From Methylibium sp. (GTDB taxonomy: Bacteria > Pseudomonadota > Gammaproteobacteria > Burkholderiales > Burkholderiaceae_C), in NCBI GenBank assembly GCA_031415135.1, contig JANORB010000038.1, positions 22,139 through 86,138 on the forward strand: a DNA stretch of 64,000 bases, given 5' to 3'. The notes under the pieces were generated by a model, which was not told the DNA's origin, made no database searches, and was given only the letters and a program-made list of their open reading frames with translations. A program made the translations under genes and the position numbers. Every line of letters begins with the position of its first letter. The stretch's first letter is position 1. Below, in pieces: positions 1-10,638 of this stretch.

Positions 1-1
1 C

Positions 2-166
2 GGCTGCGGCTTCGACGTGCAGACGGTCGAGCTCAGCAAGGACCGGGGCATCGGCCTGACCAACATGCGCGAGCGCGTCGAGCGCAACGGCGGCACGTTC
101 GAGCTGGTCTCGCAGCCAGGCCACACCGCCGTCACCGCCAGCTTCCCGTTGACGGGCCTGGCCTGA
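2..166 (+). CDS. sensor histidine kinase, C-terminal fragment (runs off 5' edge)
   Basis: Open frame from the window edge. ...GIGLTNMRERVERNGGTFELVSQPG... is the HATPase_c end of NarX/DegS-type kinases. TGA at 164-166 lies 2 nt before the partner response regulator. Confidence 0.7.
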   Translation, partial: GCGFDVQTVELSKDRGIGLTNMRERVERNGGTFELVSQPGHTAVTASFPLTGLA

Positions 167-168
167 GC

Positions 169-798
169 ATGGCGACCCCGACCATTCGCATCGTCATCGT
201 CGATGACCATTCGCTGGTGCGTGACGGCCTGCGGGCCCGCCTGTCGGTGGTGCCGGGCCTGCAGGTCGTCGGCGAGGCCGCCAGCGGCGAACAGGCGCTG
301 GCGCTGGCGGCCACTGACGCGCCCGACCTGATGCTGGTCGACGTAGGCATGCGCGGCATGAACGGTATCGAGCTGGCGACTGCCTTGCGCGAGCGGCACC
401 CCGCGATCCGGGTGCTGATGCTCAGCATGTTCGACAACCGTGAGTACGTGCTCAGCGCCATCCGCGCCGGCGCGCGTGGCTACGTGTTGAAAGAGTCCCC
501 GACCGAAGAGATCATCGCGGCCATCGGGGCGGTCTGGGCCGGCGGCAACTACTTCAGCGCCCAGGTCTCGAACCTGGTCGCGCAGACCGGCGGCATGGCC
601 TCGCAGCTGACCGCGCGCGAGCACGAGGTGCTGCTGCTGCTGGCGCATGGCCGCAGCAACAAGCTGGTCGCCCGGCAACTCGACATCAGCGTGCGCACCG
701 TCGAGACGCACCGCCTCAGCCTGCGCCGCAAGCTCGGTGTCGATTCTGCGAGCGATCTGCTCAAGATCGCGCTCGCGAACGGCTGGACGACCCTTTGA
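169..798 (+). CDS. NarL/FixJ-family response regulator (receiver + LuxR-type HTH)
   Basis: IVIVDDHSLVRDGL...DLMLVDVGMRGMNGIE receiver motifs. C-terminal LTAREHEVLLLLAHGRSNKLVARQLDISVRTVETHR matches a LuxR HTH. Confidence 0.9.
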   Translation: MATPTIRIVIVDDHSLVRDGLRARLSVVPGLQVVGEAASGEQALALAATDAPDLMLVDVGMRGMNGIELATALRERHPAIRVLMLSMFDNREYVLSAIRAGARGYVLKESPTEEIIAAIGAVWAGGNYFSAQVSNLVAQTGGMASQLTAREHEVLLLLAHGRSNKLVARQLDISVRTVETHRLSLRRKLGVDSASDLLKIALANGWTTL

Positions 799-852
799 GG
801 CTGCCGGTCTGCCGGCTGTCGATGGGTTGACGCCTTCGGCGATGATGTCGAT

Positions 853-1614
853 GTGACCCGCATCGCCATCGTCAGCGCCATGCACGAAGAACTTCGTGCG
901 CTGCTGCCTTTGCTGCGGAACCCGGCGCGCGAGACGCTGGCCGGGCGCGAGTTTCACCAAGGCGAAATTCATGGCCGGCCCGTGGTGCTGGTGCTGTCGG
1001 GCATCGGCAAGGTGGCGGCGGCCACCACGGCGACGCTGTTGGTGCAGCGCTTCGACGCCGGCCGGGTGGTGCTCACTGGTGTGGCCGGCGGCCTGGGGCC
1101 GAGGGTGCGGGTGGGTGATGTGGTGGTGGCTCAGCAGCTGATCCAGCATGACATGGACGCTTCGCCGCTGTTCCCGCGTTTCGAGATTCCACTGACCGGG
1201 CGCTCGCGCTTCCACGCCGATGCTGCGCTTGCCGATGCGCTGGCTGCCGCGGCGCGGCGCTGCGTGCGGCGCGCGGGCGACCTGATCGGCGCGGCCCGGC
1301 TGGCCGGCCTGGGCATCGCGCGGCCGTCCGTGCACCGCGGCCTGATCGCCAGCGGCGACCGGTTCGTTTCCAGCGCCGACGACAGCGCGGCCCTGCGCAC
1401 GGCCTTGCCCGACGTGCTGGCGGTCGAAATGGAGGGCGCCGCGCTGGCCCAGGTGTGCACCGATTTCGGCCGGCCGTTCGGCGTGCTGCGCAGCATTTCC
1501 GACCGCGCCGATGCCAGCGCGCATGTCGATTTCACGCGCTTCATCGAAGCCGTGGCGAGCGTCTACACCCGCGCCATCGTCAGCGACTGGCTGGCCGGCG
1601 AGGCCTGCGGATGA
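853..1614 (+). CDS. mtnN: 5'-methylthioadenosine/S-adenosylhomocysteine nucleosidase
   Basis: IAIVSAMHEE, SGIGKVAAA, LTGVAGGL and VEMEGAALAQVC are PNP_UDP_1/Pfs-type motifs. Length is 253 aa. Confidence 0.75.
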   Translation: MTRIAIVSAMHEELRALLPLLRNPARETLAGREFHQGEIHGRPVVLVLSGIGKVAAATTATLLVQRFDAGRVVLTGVAGGLGPRVRVGDVVVAQQLIQHDMDASPLFPRFEIPLTGRSRFHADAALADALAAAARRCVRRAGDLIGAARLAGLGIARPSVHRGLIASGDRFVSSADDSAALRTALPDVLAVEMEGAALAQVCTDFGRPFGVLRSISDRADASAHVDFTRFIEAVASVYTRAIVSDWLAGEACG

Positions 1615-2123
1615 TCGATCTGAAACCGGCCTGGCGCTGGCTCTGGCGCCTCGTGCGCGGCGTGCTGCTGACGCTGGCCGCGCTGGCGCTGTTTTTCGAG
1701 GAATGGGGCTGGCGGCCGCTCACCGCGTGGGCGGCGCGGCTGGCGCGGTGGCCGCCGCTGGCGCGGCTCGAAGCACGCATTCAGCGCCTGAGCCCGTGGC
1801 AGGCGCTGCTGCTGTTCTTGCTGCCCTCGCTGCTGCTGTTGCCGGTGAAACTGGCGGCGCTGTGGTTCATTCAGCGCGGCCAGGCGGCGCTGGGCCTGGC
1901 GGTCATCGTGGTCGCCAAGCTGCTCGGCACCGCGCTGGTCGGCCGCCTGTTCATCCTGAGCGAGCCTCAGCTGATGCGGTTGGCGTGGTTCGCACGCGCG
2001 CTGGGCTGGTGGCGGCAGACGAAGCTGCGCGTCACGGCGGCGGTGCATGCGTCGTACACCTGGCGCGCGGTGCAGGTGATGCGGCGCAAGCTGCGGGTCT
2101 GGCTGCGGCGCAGCGCGCGCTGA
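1611..2123 (+). CDS. hypothetical membrane protein
   Basis: ATG at 1611 overlaps the mtnN stop (ATGA). About 4 hydrophobic helices (LLTLAALALFF, LLLFLLPSLLLLPV, LAVIVVAKLLGTALV). No family recognised. Confidence 0.55.
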   Translation: MIDLKPAWRWLWRLVRGVLLTLAALALFFEEWGWRPLTAWAARLARWPPLARLEARIQRLSPWQALLLFLLPSLLLLPVKLAALWFIQRGQAALGLAVIVVAKLLGTALVGRLFILSEPQLMRLAWFARALGWWRQTKLRVTAAVHASYTWRAVQVMRRKLRVWLRRSAR

Positions 2124-2173
2124 ATCACGTTCGGTCTCACCGCGGCCGCAAGCTGGGTCGCAACGGCCGCCGG

Positions 2174-3100
2174 TCAGCGTTGCGGCATGGACTGGAGCGC
2201 TTGCGCGCGCTGCTCGAACCAGCGCGTCAGCGCCGCATCGTCGAATCGTCCGGCCAGCGTATTGGCGTTGTGCCTGGCGGTGTCGGCTTCGCTCAGGCCC
2301 AGGCGCTCGCACGCGTGCTGGCGTTCGAGCTCGATGAGTGCGCGGTCGACGTCTTCGGCATGCCCGGTGTCGTGCGCGTCGAGCAGGGCCAGCGCGGCGC
2401 GCGCATGGGCGCGGGCTTCGTGCGGCTGGCCCAGCGCATTGCACACCATTGCGCGCTGGTAGAGCGCCCGCTCGTGCTGCAGCCAGGTGCCGGCACGCAG
2501 CCAGAAGCGCTGTGCCTGCTCGGCGGCCTGGGCCAGCGCGGTGCGTGCGGTGGGGTGCCGCAGGTCGGTCACGGGCCGGTCGAGAAGGCCGCTGGCCATG
2601 TTGTTGACGCACGCGGCCACGCTGGCGTCGAGCGGATTGGCGGCCAGCCAAGCCGCGCCGCCCAGCGGGGCCAGCGCGGCCAGCACGTGCTCGCCCGCTT
2701 CAGCCGGGGCGAGGCCGGGGGCCCGGAACATCGCCGCGCTGAGCCGCAGCACGTCGCCGCCGTGCTCCAGCGAGGCGCCGCTGGCCTGCGCGAAAGCGTG
2801 CGCCAGCGCGTCGGCCTCGGCCCCCGCGGCGGCGAGCCGCGCGGCGGTGGCGGCCTGGCGCCACAGCGCGGCGGCGGGTGCGGGTTGTGCCAGGCTCAGC
2901 AACTGTCGCTGGCGCTGCAGTGCCTCGTCCCAGCGGTTCAGCTTTTCGCCCAGCACATGGTTCAGCAAGAAGGCATAACCGGGCCATCGTGCAGACGGCA
3001 GCTGCGCGGCGTCGATCGCCCGCAGCAACTCGGCGCCGCGCGCGGGGTGGCCGTCATGGCAGGCGTCGGCTTCATCCAGGCGTTCAGCGTCGGTGGCCAT
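2174..3100 (-). CDS. hypothetical protein (Ala/Leu-rich, helical-repeat-like)
   Basis: 308-aa ORF with coding-like composition that fills the gap between flanking genes. No recognisable motif. Confidence 0.5.
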   Translation of the reverse strand: MATDAERLDEADACHDGHPARGAELLRAIDAAQLPSARWPGYAFLLNHVLGEKLNRWDEALQRQRQLLSLAQPAPAAALWRQAATAARLAAAGAEADALAHAFAQASGASLEHGGDVLRLSAAMFRAPGLAPAEAGEHVLAALAPLGGAAWLAANPLDASVAACVNNMASGLLDRPVTDLRHPTARTALAQAAEQAQRFWLRAGTWLQHERALYQRAMVCNALGQPHEARAHARAALALLDAHDTGHAEDVDRALIELERQHACERLGLSEADTARHNANTLAGRFDDAALTRWFEQRAQALQSMPQR

Positions 3101-3149
3101 CGGCGTCTCCTGTTGCGGGAGGCCAGATTATCTCGGGCACACTGTTCGC

Positions 3150-3890
3150 ATGCCGCCCCGCCTGTACGTTGACCAGCCCTTGACCTGCGGTTCGACCCTC
3201 GTTTTGCCCAGCGGACCGGCGCGCCATGTGCAGGTGCTGCGCCTGCAGCCCGGCGACAAGTTGACCTTGTTCAACGGTCGAGGGGGCGAGTGGCGCGCAA
3301 CGGTTGGGCGCATGGGCCGCAGCGAGGTGCAGGTGCGGATCGACGAGCACGATGCCGTCGACCGCGAACTGGCGCTGCCGGTGACGCTGGCACTGGGCAT
3401 GCCGGCCAATGAACGCATGGACTCGCTGATCGAGAAGGCCACCGAGCTCGGCGCGGCGGCCATTCAGCCGCTGGTGTGTCAACGCTCGGTGCTGCGCCTG
3501 AGCGGCGAGCGCGCACTGAAAAAGCAGGCCCACTGGCAAGCCGTGGCGGTGGCCGCGTGCGAGCAAAGCGGGCGGACCCGCGTGCCGCGTGTCGAGCCGG
3601 TGTTGGTCTTCGACGCGTGGCTCGCGCGCTTGCCGGCGCCGGGTGCCGCGCAACGGGTGCTGCTCAGTTTTGCCGGGGTGGCGCTAGCGGCCGCATCAAG
3701 CCAGGCGGCCGGCGTGCTGTGCCTGAGCGGCCCCGAGGGCGGCCTGACCGAGGCCGAAGAAGCGAGCGCGCGCAGCGCCGCGTTCGTGCCGGTCTGCCTG
3801 GGCCCGCGCGTGCTGCGCGCGGACACGGCGCCGCTGGCGCTGCTGGCCCATCTGGCGCTGTCGGCGCCAGCCTCATTCCAGAGTCCCTGA
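3150..3890 (+). CDS. rsmE: 16S rRNA (uracil1498-N3)-methyltransferase
   Basis: MPPRLYVDQPL...HVQVLRLQPGDKLTLFNGRGGEW...SGPEGGLTEAE...LGPRVLRADTAP are RsmE signatures. Start taken at the internal ATG at 3150. Confidence 0.85.
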   Translation: MPPRLYVDQPLTCGSTLVLPSGPARHVQVLRLQPGDKLTLFNGRGGEWRATVGRMGRSEVQVRIDEHDAVDRELALPVTLALGMPANERMDSLIEKATELGAAAIQPLVCQRSVLRLSGERALKKQAHWQAVAVAACEQSGRTRVPRVEPVLVFDAWLARLPAPGAAQRVLLSFAGVALAAASSQAAGVLCLSGPEGGLTEAEEASARSAAFVPVCLGPRVLRADTAPLALLAHLALSAPASFQSP

Positions 3891-5068
3891 TGAACCTTCA
3901 ACTCCTGTTGCTCGCGCTGTGCCAGGGATTTTTCCTGACCCACAACGTCACCTTCATCGCCATCAACGGGCTGGTGGGCCTGAGCCTGGCGCCGAGTGCG
4001 TGGATGGCCGCTTTGCCTATCACCGGCTACGTGGCCGGCGGCGCGCTGTGCGCCGGCATGGTGGGCCGCCACCAGCGCCGCTGGGGCCGCAAGCGGGCGT
4101 TCCAGGCCGGCCTGGTGGTGGCGATGGGGTCGAGCGCGTTGTGCGCGTATGCGGCATCGACGCACGACTTCTGGCTGCTGGTCGCAGCCACCGTGGTGGC
4201 GGGTTACTACAACGCCAATGCGGCTTTGTACCGCTTTGCGGCAACTGAATTGGTGGCGCCTGCGTTCAAGGAAAAGGCCATTTCGTGGGTGCTGGCCGGT
4301 GGCATTTTCGGCGCCGTGGTCGGGCCCAATCTGGCCAGCGCCACACGCGAGGCGTTGCCGGCGCCGTTCGCCGGCGCGTATGCCGCGCTGGTGGGGGTGG
4401 CGCTTCTGGCGCTGCTGACGCTGGCGTTCATCCGCTTCCCCCCAATCCCGCAACCCAGCGCGGCCCACCCGGGCCGGCCGCTGCGCGAGATCGCGCGCCA
4501 GCCGGTCTTCATCGTCGCGGTGGCCGCCAGCGCGCTGGGCTATGGCGTGATGAACCTGCTGATGGCGGCCACGCCGATTGCGATGGCGCAATGCGCACAC
4601 CCGTTCAAGAGCGCCGCGCTGGTGCTGGAATGGCATGTACTGGGCATGTTCGCGCCGAGCTTTTTCACCGGCTCGCTGATCCAGCGGTTCGGCTGCCTGG
4701 CGGTGATGGGAGCAGGGGTCGCGCTCAACGCGCTGTGCATCGTGGTGGCGCTCAGCGGGGTCGACCTGATGCAGTTTCTGGTGGCGCTGTTCGCGCTCGG
4801 CGTGGGCTGGAATTTCCTCTACATCGGCGGCACCACACTGTTCACACAGACCTACCGGGCGGAGGAAAAAACCACCGCTCAGGCGGCGATGGACACGGTG
4901 GTCTACACCATCATGATCGTCACCTCGTTCAGCTCCGGGGCGCTCATCACGACCCAGGGCTGGACCTGGCTGAACATCGGCTCGATGGTGCCGGTGTTGC
5001 TGACCGGGGCGGCATTGACATGGCTTGCCATGCACCAGCGGACCCTCCAGAATCGCGCCGTTCCTTAA
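3890..5068 (+). CDS. MFS transporter
   Basis: ATG at 3890 overlaps the rsmE stop (TGATG). About 12 hydrophobic segments. The upstream part of ORF 3476..5068 is an out-of-gene extension. Confidence 0.8.
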   Translation: MNLQLLLLALCQGFFLTHNVTFIAINGLVGLSLAPSAWMAALPITGYVAGGALCAGMVGRHQRRWGRKRAFQAGLVVAMGSSALCAYAASTHDFWLLVAATVVAGYYNANAALYRFAATELVAPAFKEKAISWVLAGGIFGAVVGPNLASATREALPAPFAGAYAALVGVALLALLTLAFIRFPPIPQPSAAHPGRPLREIARQPVFIVAVAASALGYGVMNLLMAATPIAMAQCAHPFKSAALVLEWHVLGMFAPSFFTGSLIQRFGCLAVMGAGVALNALCIVVALSGVDLMQFLVALFALGVGWNFLYIGGTTLFTQTYRAEEKTTAQAAMDTVVYTIMIVTSFSSGALITTQGWTWLNIGSMVPVLLTGAALTWLAMHQRTLQNRAVP

Positions 5069-5080
5069 CTCTCGGAGTGC

Positions 5081-5497
5081 GTGATGGGTTTGCTCGATTC
5101 AGTGGTGGGCATGTTGGGCGGTGGGCAACAAGGTGGTGGCGGCAATGCGGCGCTGCTCAATGCCATCGTCGGCATGCTGGCCAACAACGGCCAGGGCGGT
5201 GGCGGCCTGGGCTCGATTCTGGGCAAGGCGCAGCAAAGCGGCATGGGCGATGTGGTGAGCTCGTGGATCGGCAGCGGCCAGAACATGCCGATCTCGGCCG
5301 ATCAACTGAACAACGTGCTCGGTTCGGACATGGTCGCCAACCTGGCCAGGCAACTGGGCCTGTCGCATGGCGACGCGTCATCGCAGCTCTCGCAGATGCT
5401 GCCCGAGGTGGTGGATCGCCTCACGCCGCAGGGGCAGATGCCGCAAGGCGGGCTCGGCAACGTGAGCGATCTGCTCGGGATGTTGATGAAGCGCTAG
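5081..5497 (+). CDS. YidB-family protein (DUF937)
   Basis: MGLLDSVVGMLGG..., Gly-rich linker, SWIGSGQNMPISADQL...LGLSHGDASSQLSQMLPEVVDRLTPQG are typical of YidB/DUF937. Confidence 0.75.
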   Translation: MMGLLDSVVGMLGGGQQGGGGNAALLNAIVGMLANNGQGGGGLGSILGKAQQSGMGDVVSSWIGSGQNMPISADQLNNVLGSDMVANLARQLGLSHGDASSQLSQMLPEVVDRLTPQGQMPQGGLGNVSDLLGMLMKR

Positions 5498-5510
5498 AAG
5501 CTGGCCCTTG

Positions 5511-5530
5511 CTGCGGCCGTGAAGCCGCAG
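5511..5530. terminator. stem-loop between convergent genes (possible bidirectional terminator)
   Basis: CTGCGGC-cgtgaa-GCCGCAG, a 7-bp perfect stem. No clear U-tract. Confidence 0.3.
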
Positions 5531-5537
5531 GCCTTGC

Positions 5538-6809
5538 TCACACGCCGCGCGCGACGTCCTTCGGGCTCGCACGCGCCGACCCCGCCACCAGGTCGAACCG
5601 GAACAGCCGGCACTCGATCGGCCCGTTCCACATCGGCACCCGGCGTGATTCTTTCAAGCGCATCGCGCTGGGCAGCTTCATGTCGGGGCTGAGCACATAC
5701 GCGGTCCAGCCGGCGGGGTGCTGGGTGTAGGCGCGTTTCCAGTGCGCGGCCAGCCGGGCGAAGAAGTCGTCCGGCAACGCCTTGTTGTCATCCGGCCGAT
5801 CCTGGCCGGCGTGCCGTCGCCGCGCGGCCTTGCCACCGACCTCGATGCGCTCACCGTAGGGCGGGTTGATCATCAGCGTGCCGTGCAGCGCCGGCGGCAG
5901 GGTCGGCGCGGGCCGCTCCAGTGCATCGCCACCATGAAACGTGATGGCCGCTTCGACCCCGGCGCGCTGCGCGTTGCGACGCGCGAAGTCGACCATCCGG
6001 AACGACACATCGCTGGCGACGATGGGCACGCCGCTGGCATGAATGCGGGCCTGCGCCGCGCTTCGGAGGCGCTGCAGCTGGGCGCGCATCTCGGGGCTGG
6101 CAAACGGCAGCAGGCGCTCGAAGGCAAAGCGCCGCTTCAGCCCCGGCGCGATGCCGCAGGCGATTTGCGCGGCTTCGATGGCAATCGTGCCCGAGCCGCA
6201 GCACGGGTCGTGCAGCGCGCCGCCGGCCTCGGGCGTGCCGCGCCAGCCGGCCGCGGCGAGCATCGCGGCGGCCAGGGTTTCTTTCAGCGGCGCGTCGCCC
6301 ACGTCTTCGCGCCAGCCGCGCTTGAACAGCGACTCGCCCGAGCTGTCCACATACAGCGCGGCGCGCTCCGGCCCCGCATGCAGCACGAGGTGCAGGTCGG
6401 GCTGGCGGGTGTCGACGCTGGGGCGCTCGCCGGTGGTCTCGCGCAGCATGTCGCACACCGCGTCCTTGATGCGCAGGGCCGCGAAGTTCAGGCTGTTCAA
6501 GGGGCTGCGCTGGGCCGTGGTGTCCACCCGCAAGCTGTGTTGCGGGGTGATCCACTGCGACCAGTCGACCGCCCGCGCCATGGCGTACAAATCGTTCTCG
6601 TGGCGGTACGGCGCTTCGGCCACCTCGATCAGCACGCGCTGCGCAAGCCGGCTTTCGAGGTTGAGCAGCATGACTTCGTGCGGGTCGCCCTCAAGCGCCA
6701 CGCCGCCGCGCGCGCGCTCGATGCGCGCCCCGGGCAGCAGGCGTTGCACTTCCTCGAACAGCCACTCTTCGACGCCCGCGGCACAGGGCAAAAACAGCGG
6801 CAGCGGCAT
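5538..6809 (-). CDS. THUMP-domain class I SAM-dependent RNA methyltransferase (RlmL-like)
   Basis: N-terminal THUMP-like region, SAM motif DPCCGSGTIAIEAA and catalytic LMINPPYGERI. Confidence 0.8.
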   Translation of the reverse strand: MPLPLFLPCAAGVEEWLFEEVQRLLPGARIERARGGVALEGDPHEVMLLNLESRLAQRVLIEVAEAPYRHENDLYAMARAVDWSQWITPQHSLRVDTTAQRSPLNSLNFAALRIKDAVCDMLRETTGERPSVDTRQPDLHLVLHAGPERAALYVDSSGESLFKRGWREDVGDAPLKETLAAAMLAAAGWRGTPEAGGALHDPCCGSGTIAIEAAQIACGIAPGLKRRFAFERLLPFASPEMRAQLQRLRSAAQARIHASGVPIVASDVSFRMVDFARRNAQRAGVEAAITFHGGDALERPAPTLPPALHGTLMINPPYGERIEVGGKAARRRHAGQDRPDDNKALPDDFFARLAAHWKRAYTQHPAGWTAYVLSPDMKLPSAMRLKESRRVPMWNGPIECRLFRFDLVAGSARASPKDVARGV

Positions 6810-6812
6810 GGG

Positions 6813-8351
6813 CTACAGCGCGCGCCGCAAGTTGGCCGGCGCAATCCGCAGCGCCTCGCGGTACTTGGCCACCGTGCGGCGCGCGACCTGGATGCCCTGC
6901 TCTTCGAGCATCTGCGCGATCTGGCTGTCGCTGAGCGGCTTGATGGCGTCCTCGGCGTCGACGAGCTGCTGGATCAGCGCGCGCACCGCCGTGCTCGACG
7001 CATTGCCACCCGCCTCGGTGTTGAGCGACGAGCCGAAAAAGTACTTCAGCTCGAAGGTGCCGAACGGCGTCGACAGGTACTTGGCCGTCGTCACGCGCGA
7101 GATGGTCGACTCGTGCAGGCCCAGCTCATCGGCGATCTCGCGCAGCACCAGCGGCTTCATGGCGATGGCGCCGTGCGTGAAGAAGCTCTTCTGCCGTTCG
7201 ACGATGGCCTGCGACACGCGCTGGATGGTGTCGAAGCGCTGCAGAATGTTCTTCATGAACCAGCGCGCTTCCTGCAGGCGTGAATTCAAGCCGGCGCCGG
7301 CGCCGTTGAGCGCGTCGGCGCCACTGCGGCTGCCCGGGCCGCGCTGCTGGCGTATGGCGTTGGCATACAGGTCGTTGATGCGCAGCCTGGGCATCACATC
7401 GGGGTTGAGCACCACCTTCCAGCCGCGGCCGGCTTTTTGCACAAACACATCGGGCACGATGATCAGCGCCTCGGCCCGCGCGAACTGGCGCGCCGGCTTG
7501 GGCTCCAGCCGCTTGATCAGCGCCTGGGCTTGCTTGAGCATGTCTTCATCGGCGCCGGTGGCCGCCATCAGGCGTTTCAGGTCGCGCCGGGCCAGCAGCT
7601 CCAGGTGGTTCTTGCAGATCAGGATGGCCACCGCCTGCGCTTCACTGCGCGGATGGGTGCGCAGCTGCAGGCTCAGGCATTCGGCCAGGTCGCGCGCGCC
7701 CACGCCGGTGGGCTCCATGCTTTGCAACCATTGCAGCGCGCACTGCAGCCGGGTGAGGACCTCGCCGACCTGTTCTTCATCGTCGGCATCGCCAGCCAGC
7801 GCCGCGGCGATCTCCGGCAGCGGGTCGGCCAGATAACCGTCGTCGGTGAGCGACTCGATCAGCACCCTCACCGCCGCAGCGTCTTCGCTCGACAGGCGCA
7901 GGCCCAGCAGCTGCTCGCGCAGATGGTCCTGCAGGCTGGGCGCGGCGGTGTCGCGGTCGCGCCCGTCGAAGTCGTCGCTGTCGCCCGCGCTGCTGCTCTT
8001 GCCCGGTGTTTCACGGATGCCGTCGAAGTCTTCGCGTTCGGTGCCGTTCTCCCAGTCGTCGCGCTCGGCGCTGTCCAGCGCCGGGGCGTCGTCGCGGGCG
8101 TCGCTGGCCGCGTCGGTGGCACGCTCGGTCTCGCGCTCGCCCGCGCGCTCGGCGGGCGACAACCGCTCGGCCAGCGGCTCGAACGCCGGGGCGCTGTCTT
8201 CCTCGGCTTCGAGAAATGGGTTCTGCTCCAGCATCTGCTCGACTTCCTGGTGCAACTCCAGCGTGGAGAGTTGCAGCAGCCGGATCGATTGCTGGAGTTG
8301 CGGCGTCAGCGCCAGATGCTGTGACAGCCGGACCTGCAGTGAGGGCTTCAT
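6813..8351 (-). CDS. rpoN: RNA polymerase sigma-54 factor
   Basis: [33 protein letters not shown], an acidic region II, and the C-terminal RpoN box [10 protein letters not shown]. Confidence 0.97.
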   Translation of the reverse strand: MKPSLQVRLSQHLALTPQLQQSIRLLQLSTLELHQEVEQMLEQNPFLEAEEDSAPAFEPLAERLSPAERAGERETERATDAASDARDDAPALDSAERDDWENGTEREDFDGIRETPGKSSSAGDSDDFDGRDRDTAAPSLQDHLREQLLGLRLSSEDAAAVRVLIESLTDDGYLADPLPEIAAALAGDADDEEQVGEVLTRLQCALQWLQSMEPTGVGARDLAECLSLQLRTHPRSEAQAVAILICKNHLELLARRDLKRLMAATGADEDMLKQAQALIKRLEPKPARQFARAEALIIVPDVFVQKAGRGWKVVLNPDVMPRLRINDLYANAIRQQRGPGSRSGADALNGAGAGLNSRLQEARWFMKNILQRFDTIQRVSQAIVERQKSFFTHGAIAMKPLVLREIADELGLHESTISRVTTAKYLSTPFGTFELKYFFGSSLNTEAGGNASSTAVRALIQQLVDAEDAIKPLSDSQIAQMLEEQGIQVARRTVAKYREALRIAPANLRRAL

Positions 8352-8366
8352 GCTGAAACGGGCGCC

Positions 8367-9143
8367 CTACATGCGGAAATGTTCGCCGAGGTAGACCTTC
8401 CGAACGTCGGCATTGCCGACGATTTCGGCCGGCGTGCCTTCGGCCAGCACACGCCCCTCGCTGATGATGTAGGCGCGGTCGCAGATGCCCAGCGTTTCGC
8501 GCACGTTGTGGTCGGTGATCAACACGCCGATGCCGCGGCTCTTGAGGAAACTGATGATGCGCTGGATCTCGATCACCGCGATCGGGTCGACCCCGGCAAA
8601 CGGCTCGTCGAGCAGGATGAAGCGCGGCTGCGTGGCCAGCGCGCGGGCAATCTCGACGCGCCGGCGCTCGCCACCGGACAAGGCCAGCGCGGGCGAGTCG
8701 CGCAGCTTGTCGATGCTCAGGTCGTGCAGCAGGCGGTTCAGCAGTTCTTCGATCAGCGCCGGTTTCAGCGGCCTGCCGTCGGGGCCGAGTTGCAACTCCA
8801 GCACGGCGCGGATGTTTTCTTCGACATTGAGCTTGCGGAAGATCGACGCTTCCTGCGGCAGGTAGCTCAGGCCCAGCCGCGAGCGCTGGTGGATCGGCAG
8901 CCGCTCGACGCGCCGCCCCTCGATGCTGATCTGGCCGGCGTCGGCCCGCACCAGGCCGACGATCATGTAGAAGCTGGTGGTCTTGCCGGCGCCGTTCGGG
9001 CCGAGCAGCCCGACCACCTCACCGCTGTCGACGGCCAGGTGAACGTCGTGCACCACCTTGCGGGCGCCGAAAGACTTTTGCATGCCCACGGCTTCGAGAC
9101 GGTGGTTGTTCGCACGCACCGGCTCGGGGGCGGCGGGCATCAC
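8367..9143 (-). CDS. lptB: LPS export ABC transporter ATP-binding protein
   Basis: Walker [10 protein letters not shown], signature [15 protein letters not shown], Walker [10 protein letters not shown]. Located in the conserved lptA-lptB-rpoN position. Confidence 0.93.
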   Translation of the reverse strand: MMPAAPEPVRANNHRLEAVGMQKSFGARKVVHDVHLAVDSGEVVGLLGPNGAGKTTSFYMIVGLVRADAGQISIEGRRVERLPIHQRSRLGLSYLPQEASIFRKLNVEENIRAVLELQLGPDGRPLKPALIEELLNRLLHDLSIDKLRDSPALALSGGERRRVEIARALATQPRFILLDEPFAGVDPIAVIEIQRIISFLKSRGIGVLITDHNVRETLGICDRAYIISEGRVLAEGTPAEIVGNADVRKVYLGEHFRM

Positions 9144-9811
9144 CGCTGGTCTCCCAGCGAGGGGCTCAGCTTGAGTTGCGGGCTGGGTTTGGACGCACTC
9201 TGGGCGGCTTCTTCGGCGGCTGCCGTTCCTTCGCGCGGGGTCAGGATGGCGCGCACGCGCCCTGCCGGCTGGGTCGGGGTGGCCGCAGCGCCACCCGAGA
9301 CGCTGAAGACCTCGCCGATGCTGTCGTAGCTGACCACGTTGCCGCTGATTTCATCGGCCACGCTGGAGCCGCGCAGGCGCCGCACCGAGGCGCGGTTGAT
9401 GAACTTGACGGTGTCGGCGCGGCCGTCGTATTCCAGCCGTTCGGCTTCGCCCTCGATGGTTTCGTCCACGCCGTCGCGCTTCTGGCGGAACGTGGCGGGT
9501 TTGCCGTCGGCGCCGAACGCCACCGCGTTGTGGTATCCGGCGGCGGTTTCGCGCAACTCCACGCGCGCGGCCCGGATCACCATGCTGCCCTTGCTGACCA
9601 CCACGTTGCCGTTGAACACCACCAGGTTGTTGACCAGGTCGATCCGGCCCTGTTGGTCGGCTTCGACCTTGAGCTTCTGGAACCGGTCGGCTCTTTCCGC
9701 CTGGGCCGTGACGCCGGCGACCACGCAAACCAGGCCCATCAGAAGCCTGGCAAGCGCCCGGCGACCGGTTGCGATTCGAAAGAGAGACGGGAGGTGATTC
9801 ATAGGGGGCAT
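9140..9811 (-). CDS. lptA: LPS transport periplasmic protein LptA (OstA-like)
   Basis: Signal peptide, then an OstA_N-like beta-jellyroll sequence ([24 protein letters not shown]...). Overlaps the lptB start by 4 nt. Confidence 0.8.
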   Translation of the reverse strand: MPPMNHLPSLFRIATGRRALARLLMGLVCVVAGVTAQAERADRFQKLKVEADQQGRIDLVNNLVVFNGNVVVSKGSMVIRAARVELRETAAGYHNAVAFGADGKPATFRQKRDGVDETIEGEAERLEYDGRADTVKFINRASVRRLRGSSVADEISGNVVSYDSIGEVFSVSGGAAATPTQPAGRVRAILTPREGTAAAEEAAQSASKPSPQLKLSPSLGDQR

Positions 9812-9880
9812 GAAACTTGCAGGCTATTCTAGCCCGGCAGTTTCAGGCCCCGGTGCCTGGGTGGGCTGCGGCCCGCCGGC

Positions 9881-10540
9881 TCAGCCGCCCTTGCGGGCGC
9901 GCTGGATCAGAAAGTCGGCCACCGCCAGCGCGCGGTCGTTCGAGCCGGCCAGGCTGCCCGAGGTGTAGTAGCGCCCGTGGATGCCCATGGCCGGCACACC
10001 GTCGATCTTGTACGACTCGGACAACTGCTTGGCCTGGCGCGCCTTGGTCTGCACCGAAAACGAGTTGAATACGTCGAGGAACTTGGCGCTGTCCAGCCCG
10101 TTCTTGGCCATGAAGGCGGCGATGTCGGCCGGCTTGTCGAGCTTGGCGCGGTCGTTGTGGATGGCGTAGAACACCTTGCGGTGCAGCGCGTCGACCTGGC
10201 CCATGGCCTCCAGCGCGTAATAGATGCGCTGGTGGGAGCCGAACGGCTCGTCGCGAAATGCCACCGGAACCCGGCGGAACGACACATCGGCGGGCAGTTT
10301 CTTGGCCCAGCCGTCGAGCATGGGCTCGAAATCATTGCAGTGCGGGCAGCCGTACCAGAAGAACTCGACCACCTCGATCTTGCCGCCGGCCGCCGCCGGC
10401 AGCGGCTGGCTCAGGCGCACATAGTCCTTGCCCTCGGTGGGCGTGCCCTGGGCCTGGCTCAACGTGGCCTGGCCCATCACGGCCGCGCCGGCGCCGGCAG
10501 CCAACAAGGTGGCGGTGAATTCGCGACGTTTCATTTTCAT
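9881..10540 (-). CDS. dsbA: thiol:disulfide interchange protein DsbA
   Basis: CPHC active site (FFWYGCPHCNDFEP). Signal peptide begins at MKMKRREF, so the start is taken at 10540; the ORF extends to 10579. Confidence 0.88.
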   Translation of the reverse strand: MKMKRREFTATLLAAGAGAAVMGQATLSQAQGTPTEGKDYVRLSQPLPAAAGGKIEVVEFFWYGCPHCNDFEPMLDGWAKKLPADVSFRRVPVAFRDEPFGSHQRIYYALEAMGQVDALHRKVFYAIHNDRAKLDKPADIAAFMAKNGLDSAKFLDVFNSFSVQTKARQAKQLSESYKIDGVPAMGIHGRYYTSGSLAGSNDRALAVADFLIQRARKGG

Positions 10541-10638
10541 TCGATCCTTCTTGTGGTCGATCCGCGGGAACGGATTCAAAGCGACTTGCGACAGAGACAG
10601 ATTCGGGCCGGAAGTTCAGACCGCCTCTGATCCGGGCT

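Noticed and set aside
9812-9880. Absence of lptC upstream of lptA and of hpf/ptsN downstream of rpoN.
   Set aside because: Gene order around lptAB-rpoN varies among Burkholderiales. Without comparative data I cannot call this unusual, and there is no remnant ORF in the gaps.
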